This document shows, one piece after another, positions 52,280-62,008 of a stretch of DNA of 64,000 nt (positions are counted from its first letter, which is position 1; each line of letters starts with the position of its first letter). Position numbers and translations under genes: made by a program. Source of the DNA: Phycisphaerales bacterium (GTDB lineage Bacteria; Planctomycetota; Phycisphaerae; Phycisphaerales; UBA1924). Location: NCBI GenBank assembly GCA_029260295.1, contig JAJDDN010000004.1, forward strand, positions 10,246 to 74,245, written 5' to 3'. Under the pieces are notes generated by a model, which was not told the origin of the DNA, made no database searches, and worked only from the letters and a program-made list of their open reading frames with translations.

Positions 52280-53605
52280 ATGCCTACAGAGACACAACCC
52301 CTTTCCGTCTTGGTCCGAGCCTCGCGTGTGATTGATCCTGCTTCTGGGATGGATCGGGTTGCCGATGTTGGGGTTGAGGGGGGTTTGATCAAAGCGATTG
52401 ATTCGAGTCTCGATCCCGCGAGCTATGACAAGGTCATCGAGGCGGAGGGGATGATCTTGGCTCCGGGGTTAATTGATCCGCATGTGCATCTTCGGGAACC
52501 TGGGCAGGTGCATAAGGAGGATATTGAGTCTGGGACTCTGGCGGCTGTTGCGGGTGGGTTTACGACGGTGTGCTGCATGCCCAATACATCGCCTGCGTTG
52601 GATTCGCCTGAGATGGTTGAGTTTGTGCGATCGCGGGCTCAGCAGGTTGGGCACTGCCGGGTGTTTTGTGTGGCGGCGGCGACTCAGGGGCGGAAGGGCG
52701 AGCGGCTTGCGGAGATCGGGCTGTGTCTGGATGCGGGGGCGGTTGGGTATTCTGATGATGGGGATGTGATTGAATCGGCGTCGATGATGAAATCTGTATT
52801 GCAAGCGGTCAAGGCTACGGGGAAGTGCTTTATGCAGCATTGTCAGGAGTTGACGCTGACTGATGGGGCGGTCATGCATGCCGGAACTGTTTCGGCCAAG
52901 CTTGGTCACAGGGGATGGCCTCGGGAAGCTGAGGAGATCATTATTGAGCGGGATATTCGGCTCAACAAAGCGATCGGGTGCGACTACCACATTCAGCACA
53001 TGTCGTCGGGGGACTCTGTAGAGATTGTTGCTCGGGCACAAAGGGAAGGCATCCCCGTCACCTGCGAGGCGTCGCCCCACCACTTGCTGTTGACGCATGA
53101 GGCGATCGAGACGCATGGGTCGATGGCCAAGATGAACCCGCCGCTGCGGGAGCAATCGGATATCGATGCTCTCAGGCAGGGGGTTGCTGATGGGGTGATT
53201 ACGATTTTGGCGACGGATCATGCTCCGCATACGAATGATGAGAAGCGGAATGTGCTTTCGGAGGCACCGTTTGGGATTATTGGGCTGGAGTCGGCTCTTG
53301 GGCTGTACCACAAGGCGCTCGTTGAGACGGGATGTATTGGGTGGCCCAAGCTGATTGAGTTGTTGACGATCAATCCGGCGCGGTTGTGTGGGCTTGATTC
53401 GATGGGGTTGGGGTCGATTTCTGTGGGTGGGGCGGCGGATTTGACGCTTATTGACCCGGATTGCTCTTGGACGCTTGGGGAATCGGATCTGGTTGGGAAG
53501 AGCCGGAATACGCCGTTTCTTGGGTGGACGATGGGGACGCGGTCGGTGATGACGATTGTTGGAGGCAAGATCCGCAATGAACGGGCATTCTCATCGGTGG
53601 TTTGA
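52280..53605 (+). CDS. pyrC: dihydroorotase
   Basis: GLIDPHVHLREPG, GGFTTV..MPNT, ATDHAPH, and the amidohydrolase fold pattern. Start at ATG 52280; the ORF maximum begins at TTG 52262. Confidence 0.9.
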   Translation: MPTETQPLSVLVRASRVIDPASGMDRVADVGVEGGLIKAIDSSLDPASYDKVIEAEGMILAPGLIDPHVHLREPGQVHKEDIESGTLAAVAGGFTTVCCMPNTSPALDSPEMVEFVRSRAQQVGHCRVFCVAAATQGRKGERLAEIGLCLDAGAVGYSDDGDVIESASMMKSVLQAVKATGKCFMQHCQELTLTDGAVMHAGTVSAKLGHRGWPREAEEIIIERDIRLNKAIGCDYHIQHMSSGDSVEIVARAQREGIPVTCEASPHHLLLTHEAIETHGSMAKMNPPLREQSDIDALRQGVADGVITILATDHAPHTNDEKRNVLSEAPFGIIGLESALGLYHKALVETGCIGWPKLIELLTINPARLCGLDSMGLGSISVGGAADLTLIDPDCSWTLGESDLVGKSRNTPFLGWTMGTRSVMTIVGGKIRNERAFSSVV

Positions 53606-53695
53606 GAGACAGTCGACGAGGGGGTGACCTAGAATCGCCGAGCAGATCAGCCGAGGGTTCTCTCCCTTGGATTCACCTTTGTATGGAGCCATTCA

Positions 53696-54745
53696 ATGGG
53701 CATCAAAATCGGAATTAACGGGTTCGGACGGATCGGACGCCTTGTTTATCGTATCGCTGCGAACACTCCTGGTATTGAGGTCGTCGCGATCAATGACCTT
53801 GTGCCTGCGGACTCGCTGGCGTACCTTTTGAAGTACGACACCATGCACGGCCGCTTCTTGATCGACGGCAAGCATGCGGATGTCTCGGCGACCGATGACA
53901 CCATCACCGTCAATGGCTACACCACCAAGACCACCGCCGAGCGCGACCCGGCCAAGCTGGCGTGGGGCGATATGGGCGTTGATTATGTGCTCGAATCGAC
54001 CGGGTTCTTCTTTACCCGCGATGCGGCACAGTTGCACATTGATGACTCTTCTGAAGGGAAGGGCTGCAAGCGTGTGCTCCTCTCAGCACCGACCAAGACC
54101 CCGGACACGGTTCCGACTTATGTTCACCGCGTGAACTGCGGGAAGTACAACCCGGATACAGACACCATCTTGTCGAACGCGAGCTGCACGACCAACTGTC
54201 TTGCACCGATCACGAAGGTCATCATGGACAACTTCGGGATGGTCGAGGGCCTCATGACCACGATCCACGCGGCGACCGCGACCCAGCCAACCCAGGACGG
54301 CCCATCGAAGAAGGACTGGCGTGGGGGCAGAAATGCGTACCAGAACATCATCCCATCCTCGACGGGTGCCGCTAAGGCTGTGGGGCTTTGCCTCCCAGAC
54401 ACCGTTGGCAAGCTGACCGGGATGGCGTTCCGCGTTCCGACCGCTGATGTCTCTGTCGTGGACCTGACCTTCCGTACCGAGAAGGCGACCTCGCTCAAGG
54501 AAATCAATGCGGCGATGAAGGCTGCTTCTGAGGGTCCGATGAAGGGCGTTCTGGGGTACACCGAGGAAGCTGTGGTTTCGTCTGACTTTATTGGCGATCC
54601 GCACTCATCGATCTACGACGCGACTGCTGGGCTTGAGCTCAACAGCAACTTCTTTAAGATCGTTTCTTGGTACGACAACGAGGCTGGCTACGCCAACCGG
54701 TGTGTCGATATGCTCAAGATGATGGGCGAGAAGGACGGGCTCTAA
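53696..54745 (+). CDS. gap: type I glyceraldehyde-3-phosphate dehydrogenase
   Basis: [13 protein letters not shown], active site [19 protein letters not shown]. Confidence 0.95.
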   Translation: MGIKIGINGFGRIGRLVYRIAANTPGIEVVAINDLVPADSLAYLLKYDTMHGRFLIDGKHADVSATDDTITVNGYTTKTTAERDPAKLAWGDMGVDYVLESTGFFFTRDAAQLHIDDSSEGKGCKRVLLSAPTKTPDTVPTYVHRVNCGKYNPDTDTILSNASCTTNCLAPITKVIMDNFGMVEGLMTTIHAATATQPTQDGPSKKDWRGGRNAYQNIIPSSTGAAKAVGLCLPDTVGKLTGMAFRVPTADVSVVDLTFRTEKATSLKEINAAMKAASEGPMKGVLGYTEEAVVSSDFIGDPHSSIYDATAGLELNSNFFKIVSWYDNEAGYANRCVDMLKMMGEKDGL

Positions 54746-54799
54746 AGAGCCGGCCTTTGAAGCTGACAGCTTAAGAATATTTGATAGCAACAGATTCAG

Positions 54800-55546
54800 T
54801 TAGGGGACATTGTAATAGTCCCGCTGGATCTGTTGTTGTTTTTCGCCGATTGCTTCGATTGCTTTGTGGTGCTGGTTGTAGTTTGCGATGTCTTCGCTTG
54901 GGACATCTGGGCCGAAGTAGAAGAGGCCGTCGTTGGCGTTGCCTGAGGTTTCCCAGTGCTTCTTGACGATCTGCAGGCTCTGGATCATGTGGGGGTACGC
55001 CTCACGGTCTGTCTGTCGGATCTCTTTGATCATGGCGAGCTGGCGGGCACCTTCTGGGGTGTCTGAGCCTGGGATCTGCATGAAGAGTTCTTTGTAGCGG
55101 ACATCGATGACATCGTTGATGGCGGCGAGTTCTTGGATCAATGTGATTCTGTTGTCGATGTCATCAATTGATGTGAGGGTTGCGGCGTCGATGCCTCCGA
55201 GTTTCATGAACTTGCTGTTGGTGGCAATATATGGGTCTGCGAGCTCTTTGAACTCTTTGAGGATGGCGGCTTGGGCTTTGAGCTGGGCGGCGAGCTCTGG
55301 GGAGACACTTTCGGATGCCTTCTCGACGAGTTCTACATACTCATCGATGGAATCCGATGATTCGGGGATGGAGCCGTCCCCGGACTGGACATGCTCTTGG
55401 TACTGCTCCAAGTTGGCCTGGGCGAGTGCTGCCATTTCTTGGGCGGCGGCCAGATCTGCGGCTTGTTGCTCCTGGTGCTTTGAGGAGCAGCCGGTGACTA
55501 GGAAGGCTGTGAAAAGGATATAAACGCTGATCTTGAAAGTACCCAT
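54800..55546 (-). CDS. hypothetical lipoprotein
   Basis: MGTFKISVYILFTAFLVTGCSS contains a lipobox (LVTGC). The rest is helical and acidic. No family recognised. Confidence 0.6.
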   Translation of the reverse strand: MGTFKISVYILFTAFLVTGCSSKHQEQQAADLAAAQEMAALAQANLEQYQEHVQSGDGSIPESSDSIDEYVELVEKASESVSPELAAQLKAQAAILKEFKELADPYIATNSKFMKLGGIDAATLTSIDDIDNRITLIQELAAINDVIDVRYKELFMQIPGSDTPEGARQLAMIKEIRQTDREAYPHMIQSLQIVKKHWETSGNANDGLFYFGPDVPSEDIANYNQHHKAIEAIGEKQQQIQRDYYNVP

Positions 55547-55655
55547 ATTGAACTCCGGTTTTGGGACCATCGGGACCAAAAAGTCCCCATGTTTCGCTCT
55601 CTGATTTGATCCAGAATCATAGCTTTAATCGCTGCCCGGCGTATCCTTCCCGACT

Positions 55656-56660
55656 ATGCGATACAAATGGACAATCTTGCGGGCTTCACGGTTTCTTCTC
55701 GACGGCGGCGGCATGTTTGGGGTCATCCCTCGGGTGGTGTGGTCGAAGTCCATCGAGACCGATGACAAGGGTCGGATCGAGCTGATGCACAACTGTGTTT
55801 TGCTTGAATCTGAGAAGCCCGACCCGATTACGAAGAAAGTGCATCGATACCTGATCGAGGCGGGGACGGGCGACAAGCTTGATGAGAAGATGGCGTCGAT
55901 CTTTGGACTCGACGGGCGGACCGTTGAGTCTGAGGTTATTGCCGCGGGTGTTGATCCGGCGGACATCGAAGCGACGATTGTGACGCACCTCCACTTTGAC
56001 CATGCTGGCGGTTTGACCCGCAAGCTGCGTGATGGCGAAGAGCCGGACTGGACCGCGACCAAACCGGGCGCGGCTTCGGGCGATCACAATGACATCAAGT
56101 TTACTTTCCCCAATGCGGAGCTGATTGTTCAGCGGCGCGAATGGGTTGATGCTCGGAATAACGATTCGGTGATGACCAAGACCTATTACCGGGATCATAT
56201 TTTGCCGTTTGAGGACGACAAGATGCCACTGGATGACGGACGCCCTCGGCTGCGGTTGATTGATTCGCCTCGGGCGTTCCCGCAGAACCGGAAGCCATCG
56301 AAGGGCGAGCTTCCCAAGGCCCCGATCCAGGAACGGATGAGCGAGGTGCTTCCGGGCATCCGTACATTCCTTGTGCCTGGGCATACCTGGGGGCAACAGG
56401 CGGTGCAGTTTGAAGATACCGATGGACGGGTCATTGTGTTTACTCCAGATGTGATGCCCACCCACTACCATGTTGGGCAGGCGTATTCGCTGGCTTACGA
56501 TGTTGAGCCGTTCACTTCGATGGTGACCAAGAACTGGTTCCTTGCGGATGCTGCAGAGTTGGACTGGACGCTGCTGCTGGACCATGAACCGGGCAACCCG
56601 CTTTATAAGGTCAAGAGCACGGAAGAGGGCTGGTTCGAACTGGTTGAAGAGCAGAACTGA
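55656..56660 (+). CDS. MBL-fold metallo-hydrolase
   Basis: HxHxDH motif IVTHLHFDHAGG, N-terminal LDGG.MFG..P, and later His/Asp ligands. Confidence 0.8.
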   Translation: MRYKWTILRASRFLLDGGGMFGVIPRVVWSKSIETDDKGRIELMHNCVLLESEKPDPITKKVHRYLIEAGTGDKLDEKMASIFGLDGRTVESEVIAAGVDPADIEATIVTHLHFDHAGGLTRKLRDGEEPDWTATKPGAASGDHNDIKFTFPNAELIVQRREWVDARNNDSVMTKTYYRDHILPFEDDKMPLDDGRPRLRLIDSPRAFPQNRKPSKGELPKAPIQERMSEVLPGIRTFLVPGHTWGQQAVQFEDTDGRVIVFTPDVMPTHYHVGQAYSLAYDVEPFTSMVTKNWFLADAAELDWTLLLDHEPGNPLYKVKSTEEGWFELVEEQN

Positions 56661-56702
56661 GGCGTACCGGTCGTTTTTTTCGATCTATAATCCATCAAGC
56701 AC

Positions 56703-57425
56703 ATGACTACAGACACGACACACCCCATCTCGGATTCTGCCCCAGACTCGGCTACACCGGCTGCGGATGTTGTTGAGCCGACTGAAACTACGACCGGGAC
56801 GGTTGCTACTGAACCGGCATCCAAGGGGAAACGCGAGAAGAAGGTCAAGAAGACTTTCCTCGAGCGTGCCGAGTCGTTCTTTGAGAAGCTTTCGATGCGG
56901 AACAATTTTTGGAACCGTGTTTGCTCGATGATCTGGCTGCCTTATGCGTTCCGATCTGGGATCACGATGTCGACCGATGAGAATACTTATCGTGCGACGC
57001 TGCCGTTCCGTCGGTTTAATAAGAACTGGTACAGCGCGATGGCGGGGGCGGCTCTATTGGGCAACTCTGAGATTGCTGGTGGCAACTATGTGTTCTCGGT
57101 TTGCGGCGGGGAGTACACCGTTGTTTGCAAGCATCTTGAATACAAGTTCCTGCGTCCTTGCCACGGGCCAGCCGAGTATCGGATGACTCCGCTTGAGGAT
57201 CTTCATGCTCTGGTTGCTGAAGGGGGCGAGTTTAATATCGCTGTGCGGATGGACATTGTTCAGGTGCTGGTGCCTTTGAGCAAGAAGAAGATGGCCGACG
57301 AAGTGGATGATCCCAACATCAAACCCAGCAAGCCCAAACGGGTCGGACGGTGCACGGCGACATTCCATGTGACCCCCAAATCGCAGCACAAAGCCAAGAA
57401 GCTTCGCGGAACCAAAAAGGCATGA
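56703..57425 (+). CDS. hypothetical protein, possibly hotdog-fold (DUF4442-like)
   Basis: Disordered N-terminus and Lys-rich C-terminus. The central segment AMAGAALLGNSEIAGG...VCKHLEYKFLRP weakly resembles thioesterase-like folds. Confidence 0.45.
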   Translation: MTTDTTHPISDSAPDSATPAADVVEPTETTTGTVATEPASKGKREKKVKKTFLERAESFFEKLSMRNNFWNRVCSMIWLPYAFRSGITMSTDENTYRATLPFRRFNKNWYSAMAGAALLGNSEIAGGNYVFSVCGGEYTVVCKHLEYKFLRPCHGPAEYRMTPLEDLHALVAEGGEFNIAVRMDIVQVLVPLSKKKMADEVDDPNIKPSKPKRVGRCTATFHVTPKSQHKAKKLRGTKKA

Positions 57426-58642
57426 ACGAAACGACCTCGATCCGGTCTGAGCCAACTACCACCAACCCGATCCTCTGGGGCGCGTACCTTGGGTGCTCGT
57501 GGACTTGGTGTATCGGGATGTTCTTTCCGGTACTGTTGATGCGGGACTTCGGATGGGCAGGGATCGCGGCGTTTGCGATTCCCAATGTGCTTGGTGCCGC
57601 GGCGATGGGGTGGGTGATTCAATCACGCGAGAGTTCGGTCAGCTTTGTCGAACGGCACCCGACTGCGGTGTGGTGGTTCTCGGCGGTGACTGTTGGCTTT
57701 CATATTTTCTGGATCATCTGGCTGACCTCGTTTATCCAGAATGCGCTACCGATGCCCGAGGAGTATTTGTTTGGGGCCGGGGCGATCGCGGTTGCGTTTG
57801 CGATTACATCTGGGCGGATTATTCGTGGGGGGAAGGCGCCGCAGCTTGCGATGCTGCTTTGGATAATCAGCGCGGCGGTGCTGGCAGCGTTGTTTGTCAA
57901 GCCCGAGGCGCAACCGGCGGTTGATGCGTTAATTGAGGCCCCGCGGACATCCACTGGGGTTGAATGGTTTGTGCCTGTGGCGATCTTTGGTTTTTTGCTT
58001 TGCCCGTATCTTGATGTGACCTTTCATCATGCTCGCCAAAACTTGAATGGCCGGTCCGGAGGCCGCTTGGGATTTACTATTGGGTTCTGCGTGTTCTTTG
58101 CGTTGATGCTTGTGTTGACGACTCGGTATTCGGGATTGATCGCGGGGGCGATGCGGGGGGACGGTTCGTTGATCGCGATCACGACGCCTTGGCTTGCGGC
58201 GGGGGTATTGGTTCATATTTTGTGCCAGTGGATCTTCACTGTGCGGGTGCATCTTGATCGGATGGACTCGCTGAAGCCACACCGGTTGCTTGGGCAGCGG
58301 GCGTTGTTCTTGGTGGCTCTAGCGTCTGGGCTTGCGGGGTTTGCGGTGCCCAGTATCGCTGGGCATGCGGGGCTGGGGTCTGGCGAGATTGTGTACCGCG
58401 GGTTCCTGACATTTTATGGGTTGGTGTTCCCGGCGTACATATTGTACCGGGTGATCCGGTCGCACTCTACGGATGTACCGCTGCAGCGGTGGATGATGTG
58501 GCTTGCGATGGGGGTTGCGATGCCGATGTTCTGGATGGGGTTTATTGAGCGGCAATCGATTTGGCTTGGGCCTGGGATGCTCGTCGCTGTGTGCGGGGCG
58601 TTTGTGCTCAAGGGCAAGTCTGAATCTACGATTCAGGTATGA
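57422..58642 (+). CDS. hypothetical polytopic membrane protein
   Basis: The ATG overlaps the upstream stop (ATGA). About 11-12 hydrophobic helices. No family recognised. Confidence 0.6.
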   Translation: MNETTSIRSEPTTTNPILWGAYLGCSWTWCIGMFFPVLLMRDFGWAGIAAFAIPNVLGAAAMGWVIQSRESSVSFVERHPTAVWWFSAVTVGFHIFWIIWLTSFIQNALPMPEEYLFGAGAIAVAFAITSGRIIRGGKAPQLAMLLWIISAAVLAALFVKPEAQPAVDALIEAPRTSTGVEWFVPVAIFGFLLCPYLDVTFHHARQNLNGRSGGRLGFTIGFCVFFALMLVLTTRYSGLIAGAMRGDGSLIAITTPWLAAGVLVHILCQWIFTVRVHLDRMDSLKPHRLLGQRALFLVALASGLAGFAVPSIAGHAGLGSGEIVYRGFLTFYGLVFPAYILYRVIRSHSTDVPLQRWMMWLAMGVAMPMFWMGFIERQSIWLGPGMLVAVCGAFVLKGKSESTIQV

Positions 58643-59625
58643 TCCAGCAAGCCCCCTTGATTGGCCGCGACTATTCGTGCGTTGCGGTGCATCATGTCGA
58701 GCTTGGCGCGTTTCATGGCTGAGCCGGTGAAGGCGGTGCGCCGGTCGTCTTCGGTCCATCCCAACACTTCTAGGAGATCGAAACGATCGCGGTCCGAGTT
58801 GTAGATTGGGTTTGCGGGTTGTGCTTCTGGCCGCGGTGAGTTGTGTGGGCAGACTTCTTGGCAGATGTCGCAGCCGTAGATCCAGTCGCCGATCTTTGAG
58901 GCGAGTGATGGCTGGATGTCTTCTCTGAGTTCGATGGTGAGGTAGGAGATGCACTTTCTTGCGTCAACGGAGTAGGGCGTGATGGCGTCGGTTGGGCAGG
59001 CGTCGATGCAGCGGGTGCATGAGCCGCAGTGGTCGGGTTCGATGGACTGGGTGTCTGGGGGAGAAAAGTCGAGGGTGGTGACGATGCCGCCCAGGAGCAT
59101 GTAGGAGCCGGCCTTTGGGTGGATGAGGAGTGTGTGCTTGCCGGTCCAGCCGAGCCCGGCCCTTTGGGCGAGCTCGCGTTCGAGGACTGGTGCGGTGTCT
59201 ACGAAGACTTTGAAATCGGCGTCGGGATGGTCTTGACGGAGTTGATCGGCCAGAGCCATGAGGCGTTTTTTCATGGCCTTGTGGTAGTCGCGTCCTCTGG
59301 CGTAGCGAGCGATGCGGCCTTGGCCTTTTTGGAGTGGTGGGTCGATGTTGTCGGATCGGCTTGCGTAGAGATCCGCGACCATCAGAACGGATTTGGCGTG
59401 GTCGATGAGTTGGTCTGGGTTTTGGCGGAGCGTTGTGTTGCGGTCGAGCCAGGCCATGTTGCCGTGCTTGTGGTCGGCGAGCCATTCGATAAGTTCATCG
59501 GGCCATGCTGAGGGTTCGACGCCTGCGATGCCGGCGAGGGCAAAGCCCGACGCGAGTGCGCGGTCGATGAGTTGTGTTGATAGGGATTCATCCACTTGGG
59601 ATCTTATGCGTTTGAGCAGCAGCAC
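58633..59625 (-). CDS. queG: tRNA epoxyqueuosine(34) reductase QueG
   Basis: Two 4Fe-4S motifs CGSCTRCIDACPT and CDICQEVCPHN. Conserved WTGKHT.LI and RYARGRDYH regions. Confidence 0.85.
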   Translation of the reverse strand: MLLLKRIRSQVDESLSTQLIDRALASGFALAGIAGVEPSAWPDELIEWLADHKHGNMAWLDRNTTLRQNPDQLIDHAKSVLMVADLYASRSDNIDPPLQKGQGRIARYARGRDYHKAMKKRLMALADQLRQDHPDADFKVFVDTAPVLERELAQRAGLGWTGKHTLLIHPKAGSYMLLGGIVTTLDFSPPDTQSIEPDHCGSCTRCIDACPTDAITPYSVDARKCISYLTIELREDIQPSLASKIGDWIYGCDICQEVCPHNSPRPEAQPANPIYNSDRDRFDLLEVLGWTEDDRRTAFTGSAMKRAKLDMMHRNARIVAANQGGLLDHT

Positions 59626-60476
59626 CCGGATTCACACGCGGCCTCGTCTGCCTGGATCCAATCGTAGAGGGTGTCGCTGGCGTGCTTGAGGATCTCGCAT
59701 GGGTTGCGGCCGTCTTCGTGTACCCAGAGCTTGGGATACTTATACACAATCCAGCCACCGAAGCCCATTTCGTCGAGGGCGGCGACGACCTTGCGGCAGG
59801 GGATCACGCCATCTCCGAGAAGCACGGGGTGGTGCTCGGCATCGACATCGGTGATCTTGACGCAGTGGAGGTGATCTTTGAGGAGCTTGACGCCGTGGGC
59901 GGGGCATTCGCCGGCGAGCTTGGCGGCTTTGATGTTGTAGGAGACCCCGAGCCATTGGTTTGGGTAGGTCTCGATGAGTTGGAGTAGATCGGATGCACGG
60001 GAGAATGAACCTCCGTTTTCGATGAGGATCATGGAGTCAGTATTGCGGGCGGTTTGGGAGGCAAGTTGGAGGCGTTCGCCGACTCGGCGGATGCCCCAGG
60101 CGCGTGGTTCGATCGCGGGGAGTTCGAAGCCGTAGACTCGGACATATTTGATGCCGGCTTTGGATGCGTAGTCAACGAACTCTTTGGTATCGGAGACGCC
60201 TTCTTCTTCGTTGACGAATACATGGCCGATGACCGGTGGGAAGATTGGTTTGTCGAAGCGGACGCCGGTGGCGAGCCCAAGTGGGGTGACGCCGGCGTTG
60301 TCGAACTTGGTGCGGACATCATGGGGATCGAGCTGCATCGGGTCGCAGTTCATTGCGGCCTGCGGCTCTAGGAATGATCGCATTTCGAGGCCTAGGAATC
60401 CGAATCCTGAGGCGGCTTCGATGGCTTGATCGAGGGTCCATCCTGGGCACACTGTCGTTGAATAGGCGATCTTCAT
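59604..60476 (-). CDS. sugar phosphate isomerase/epimerase (xylose-isomerase-like TIM barrel)
   Basis: MKIAYST...W.L..A.......GF.G.E.R and an IENGG-type ILIENGGSF motif. Start at ATG 60476 (AAGGA upstream). Cys-rich tail CESGCCCSNA. Confidence 0.7.
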   Translation of the reverse strand: MKIAYSTTVCPGWTLDQAIEAASGFGFLGLEMRSFLEPQAAMNCDPMQLDPHDVRTKFDNAGVTPLGLATGVRFDKPIFPPVIGHVFVNEEEGVSDTKEFVDYASKAGIKYVRVYGFELPAIEPRAWGIRRVGERLQLASQTARNTDSMILIENGGSFSRASDLLQLIETYPNQWLGVSYNIKAAKLAGECPAHGVKLLKDHLHCVKITDVDAEHHPVLLGDGVIPCRKVVAALDEMGFGGWIVYKYPKLWVHEDGRNPCEILKHASDTLYDWIQADEAACESGCCCSNA

Positions 60477-60548
60477 GGGGGAATCCTTTGCGGCTTGACT
60501 GACCACATAGTGTATCGTCCAGGTGCAGCGTATTCCCTTACTCCGGCT

Positions 60549-61385
60549 TTACTCTGGGGCATCTTGGGCGACGGGGAGGACTATTGAGAAGTCAGATCCT
60601 TTGCCTGGTTCTGAGTGGAGTTCGAGTGATCCGCCGTGGGCTTCTGCGATTCTTCTGGCGGTCGGGAGGCCAAGGCCAGTGCCGGCGGCTCTGGTAGTGA
60701 AGTATGGGTGGAAGATGCGTTCTTGGTCGTCTTGGGCGATGCCTGGGCCGGTGTCGATGACATGGATCGCGTGGCGGCCTTCGGGGTCGCTATCGACCCG
60801 GAGGATGAGTTCTTTGCCGGTGCCCTCGGAGTCTTTCATCGCGTTGACGGCGTTGATCATCAGGTTGAGGAGGGCTTGTTTGATGTGGTTGGCGTCGATG
60901 TCCATCATGACCGGAGAAGGCGATGGGTCGAGGCGGATTTGCACGCCGCTGGTTTGGGCCTGGACATGGAAGAAGTCGCCGAGTTGTTCGATGAGGGTAT
61001 TTGGATCGGTGGCGAGGCGTTCGAGGCGCATCTCTCCGGCGTATTCGAGAAAATCTTCGAGGATGCCTCGGAGGCGGTCGGTCTCGCCTCGAAGGGCACC
61101 GACGCGGCGGGTCATGCGACCTTTCTCGTGCTCGTCGATGGAGAGGTCTTCGATGGCTTCGCCGAGGAGTTGGGCGTTGAGGCCGATGGTGGAGAGGGGG
61201 TTTTTGATTTCGTGTGCTAGGCCAGAGGTCATGGATCCGATCTCGGCCATGCGCTGGGCGGACTGGGCTCGCTTTTGGGAGGCTCTTGCTCTGGCGGCGG
61301 CTCTGGTGATGGCGACGCGCGAGACCAAGGCGGCGATGATCGCGCCGATGACACAGCCCAGCAATATCCAGATAGCAATCATCAT
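60549..61385 (-). CDS. sensor histidine kinase (single TM, HisKA + HATPase_c), no adjacent response regulator
   Basis: H-box SGLAHEIKNPLS, N-box LLNLMINAVNAM, DTGPGI, GTGLGL. Confidence 0.85.
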   Translation of the reverse strand: MMIAIWILLGCVIGAIIAALVSRVAITRAAARARASQKRAQSAQRMAEIGSMTSGLAHEIKNPLSTIGLNAQLLGEAIEDLSIDEHEKGRMTRRVGALRGETDRLRGILEDFLEYAGEMRLERLATDPNTLIEQLGDFFHVQAQTSGVQIRLDPSPSPVMMDIDANHIKQALLNLMINAVNAMKDSEGTGKELILRVDSDPEGRHAIHVIDTGPGIAQDDQERIFHPYFTTRAAGTGLGLPTARRIAEAHGGSLELHSEPGKGSDFSIVLPVAQDAPE

Positions 61386-61476
61386 TCCGAGTACTCAGCC
61401 ATTGGACAACCCAATACATGAGCATAGATCTGTTTCAGTAGGATTTGGAGCAATCGTATTTTGAGGATCACGAAAC

Positions 61477-61797
61477 TTACCGGCGGGGTGTCCGCGTGTA
61501 GGTCCGCTTGGGCACGACGACTTCTGCTTCAGAATCTGTTTCTGAATCGGGCGAGTCTGATGAAGGCACCTCAAGAGCGACGACCTTTGTTGCCCGCCAG
61601 CCTTTGTCGCCGTTCTCGGCGCTGTAGGTTACTGGTGAACCATCGGCAAGAACCCGGAAGCCCTCGCCTTCGATGATGGTGTAGTGCACAAAGATATCTT
61701 GGTTGTCTGGACCGACGATAAAGCCGAAGCCTTTTCGGGGGTCAAACCATTTCACCGATCCCTGAACATCAATAAGTTCGTTGTCTTCATTTCCCAT
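61477..61797 (-). CDS. cold-shock domain protein (CspA family) with C-terminal extension
   Basis: GSVKWFDPRKGFGFI (RNP1) and DIFVHY (RNP2). The start is uncertain; the ORF maximum reaches 61854. Confidence 0.85.
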   Translation of the reverse strand: MGNEDNELIDVQGSVKWFDPRKGFGFIVGPDNQDIFVHYTIIEGEGFRVLADGSPVTYSAENGDKGWRATKVVALEVPSSDSPDSETDSEAEVVVPKRTYTRTPRR

Positions 61798-62008
61798 AAC
61801 AGTCCCCAAGCCAATCGACCTGGTCTCCATACACCGATGCTCCGCTCTGTCCACAAGTACTTGAGCGTAAACCCGGATCGCTCACCGGCAAGAGTTGGCC
61901 AGTAAACACTTAGATAGCATACCAGACTTTGCAGGCGCGTCAAATACCCCCAAACAAGTCCCGGACTTATTTGGGGGTATATACCTATTAATAATATTCA
62001 AATGAGCC

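Noticed and set aside
55686-56585. 299-aa minus-strand ORF antisense to the MBL-fold hydrolase
   Set aside because: Antisense artefact. The plus frame has HxHxDH.
60523-61464. 313-aa plus-strand ORF antisense to the histidine kinase
   Set aside because: Ser/Arg/Met-rich antisense frame. The minus frame has the H, N, D and G boxes.
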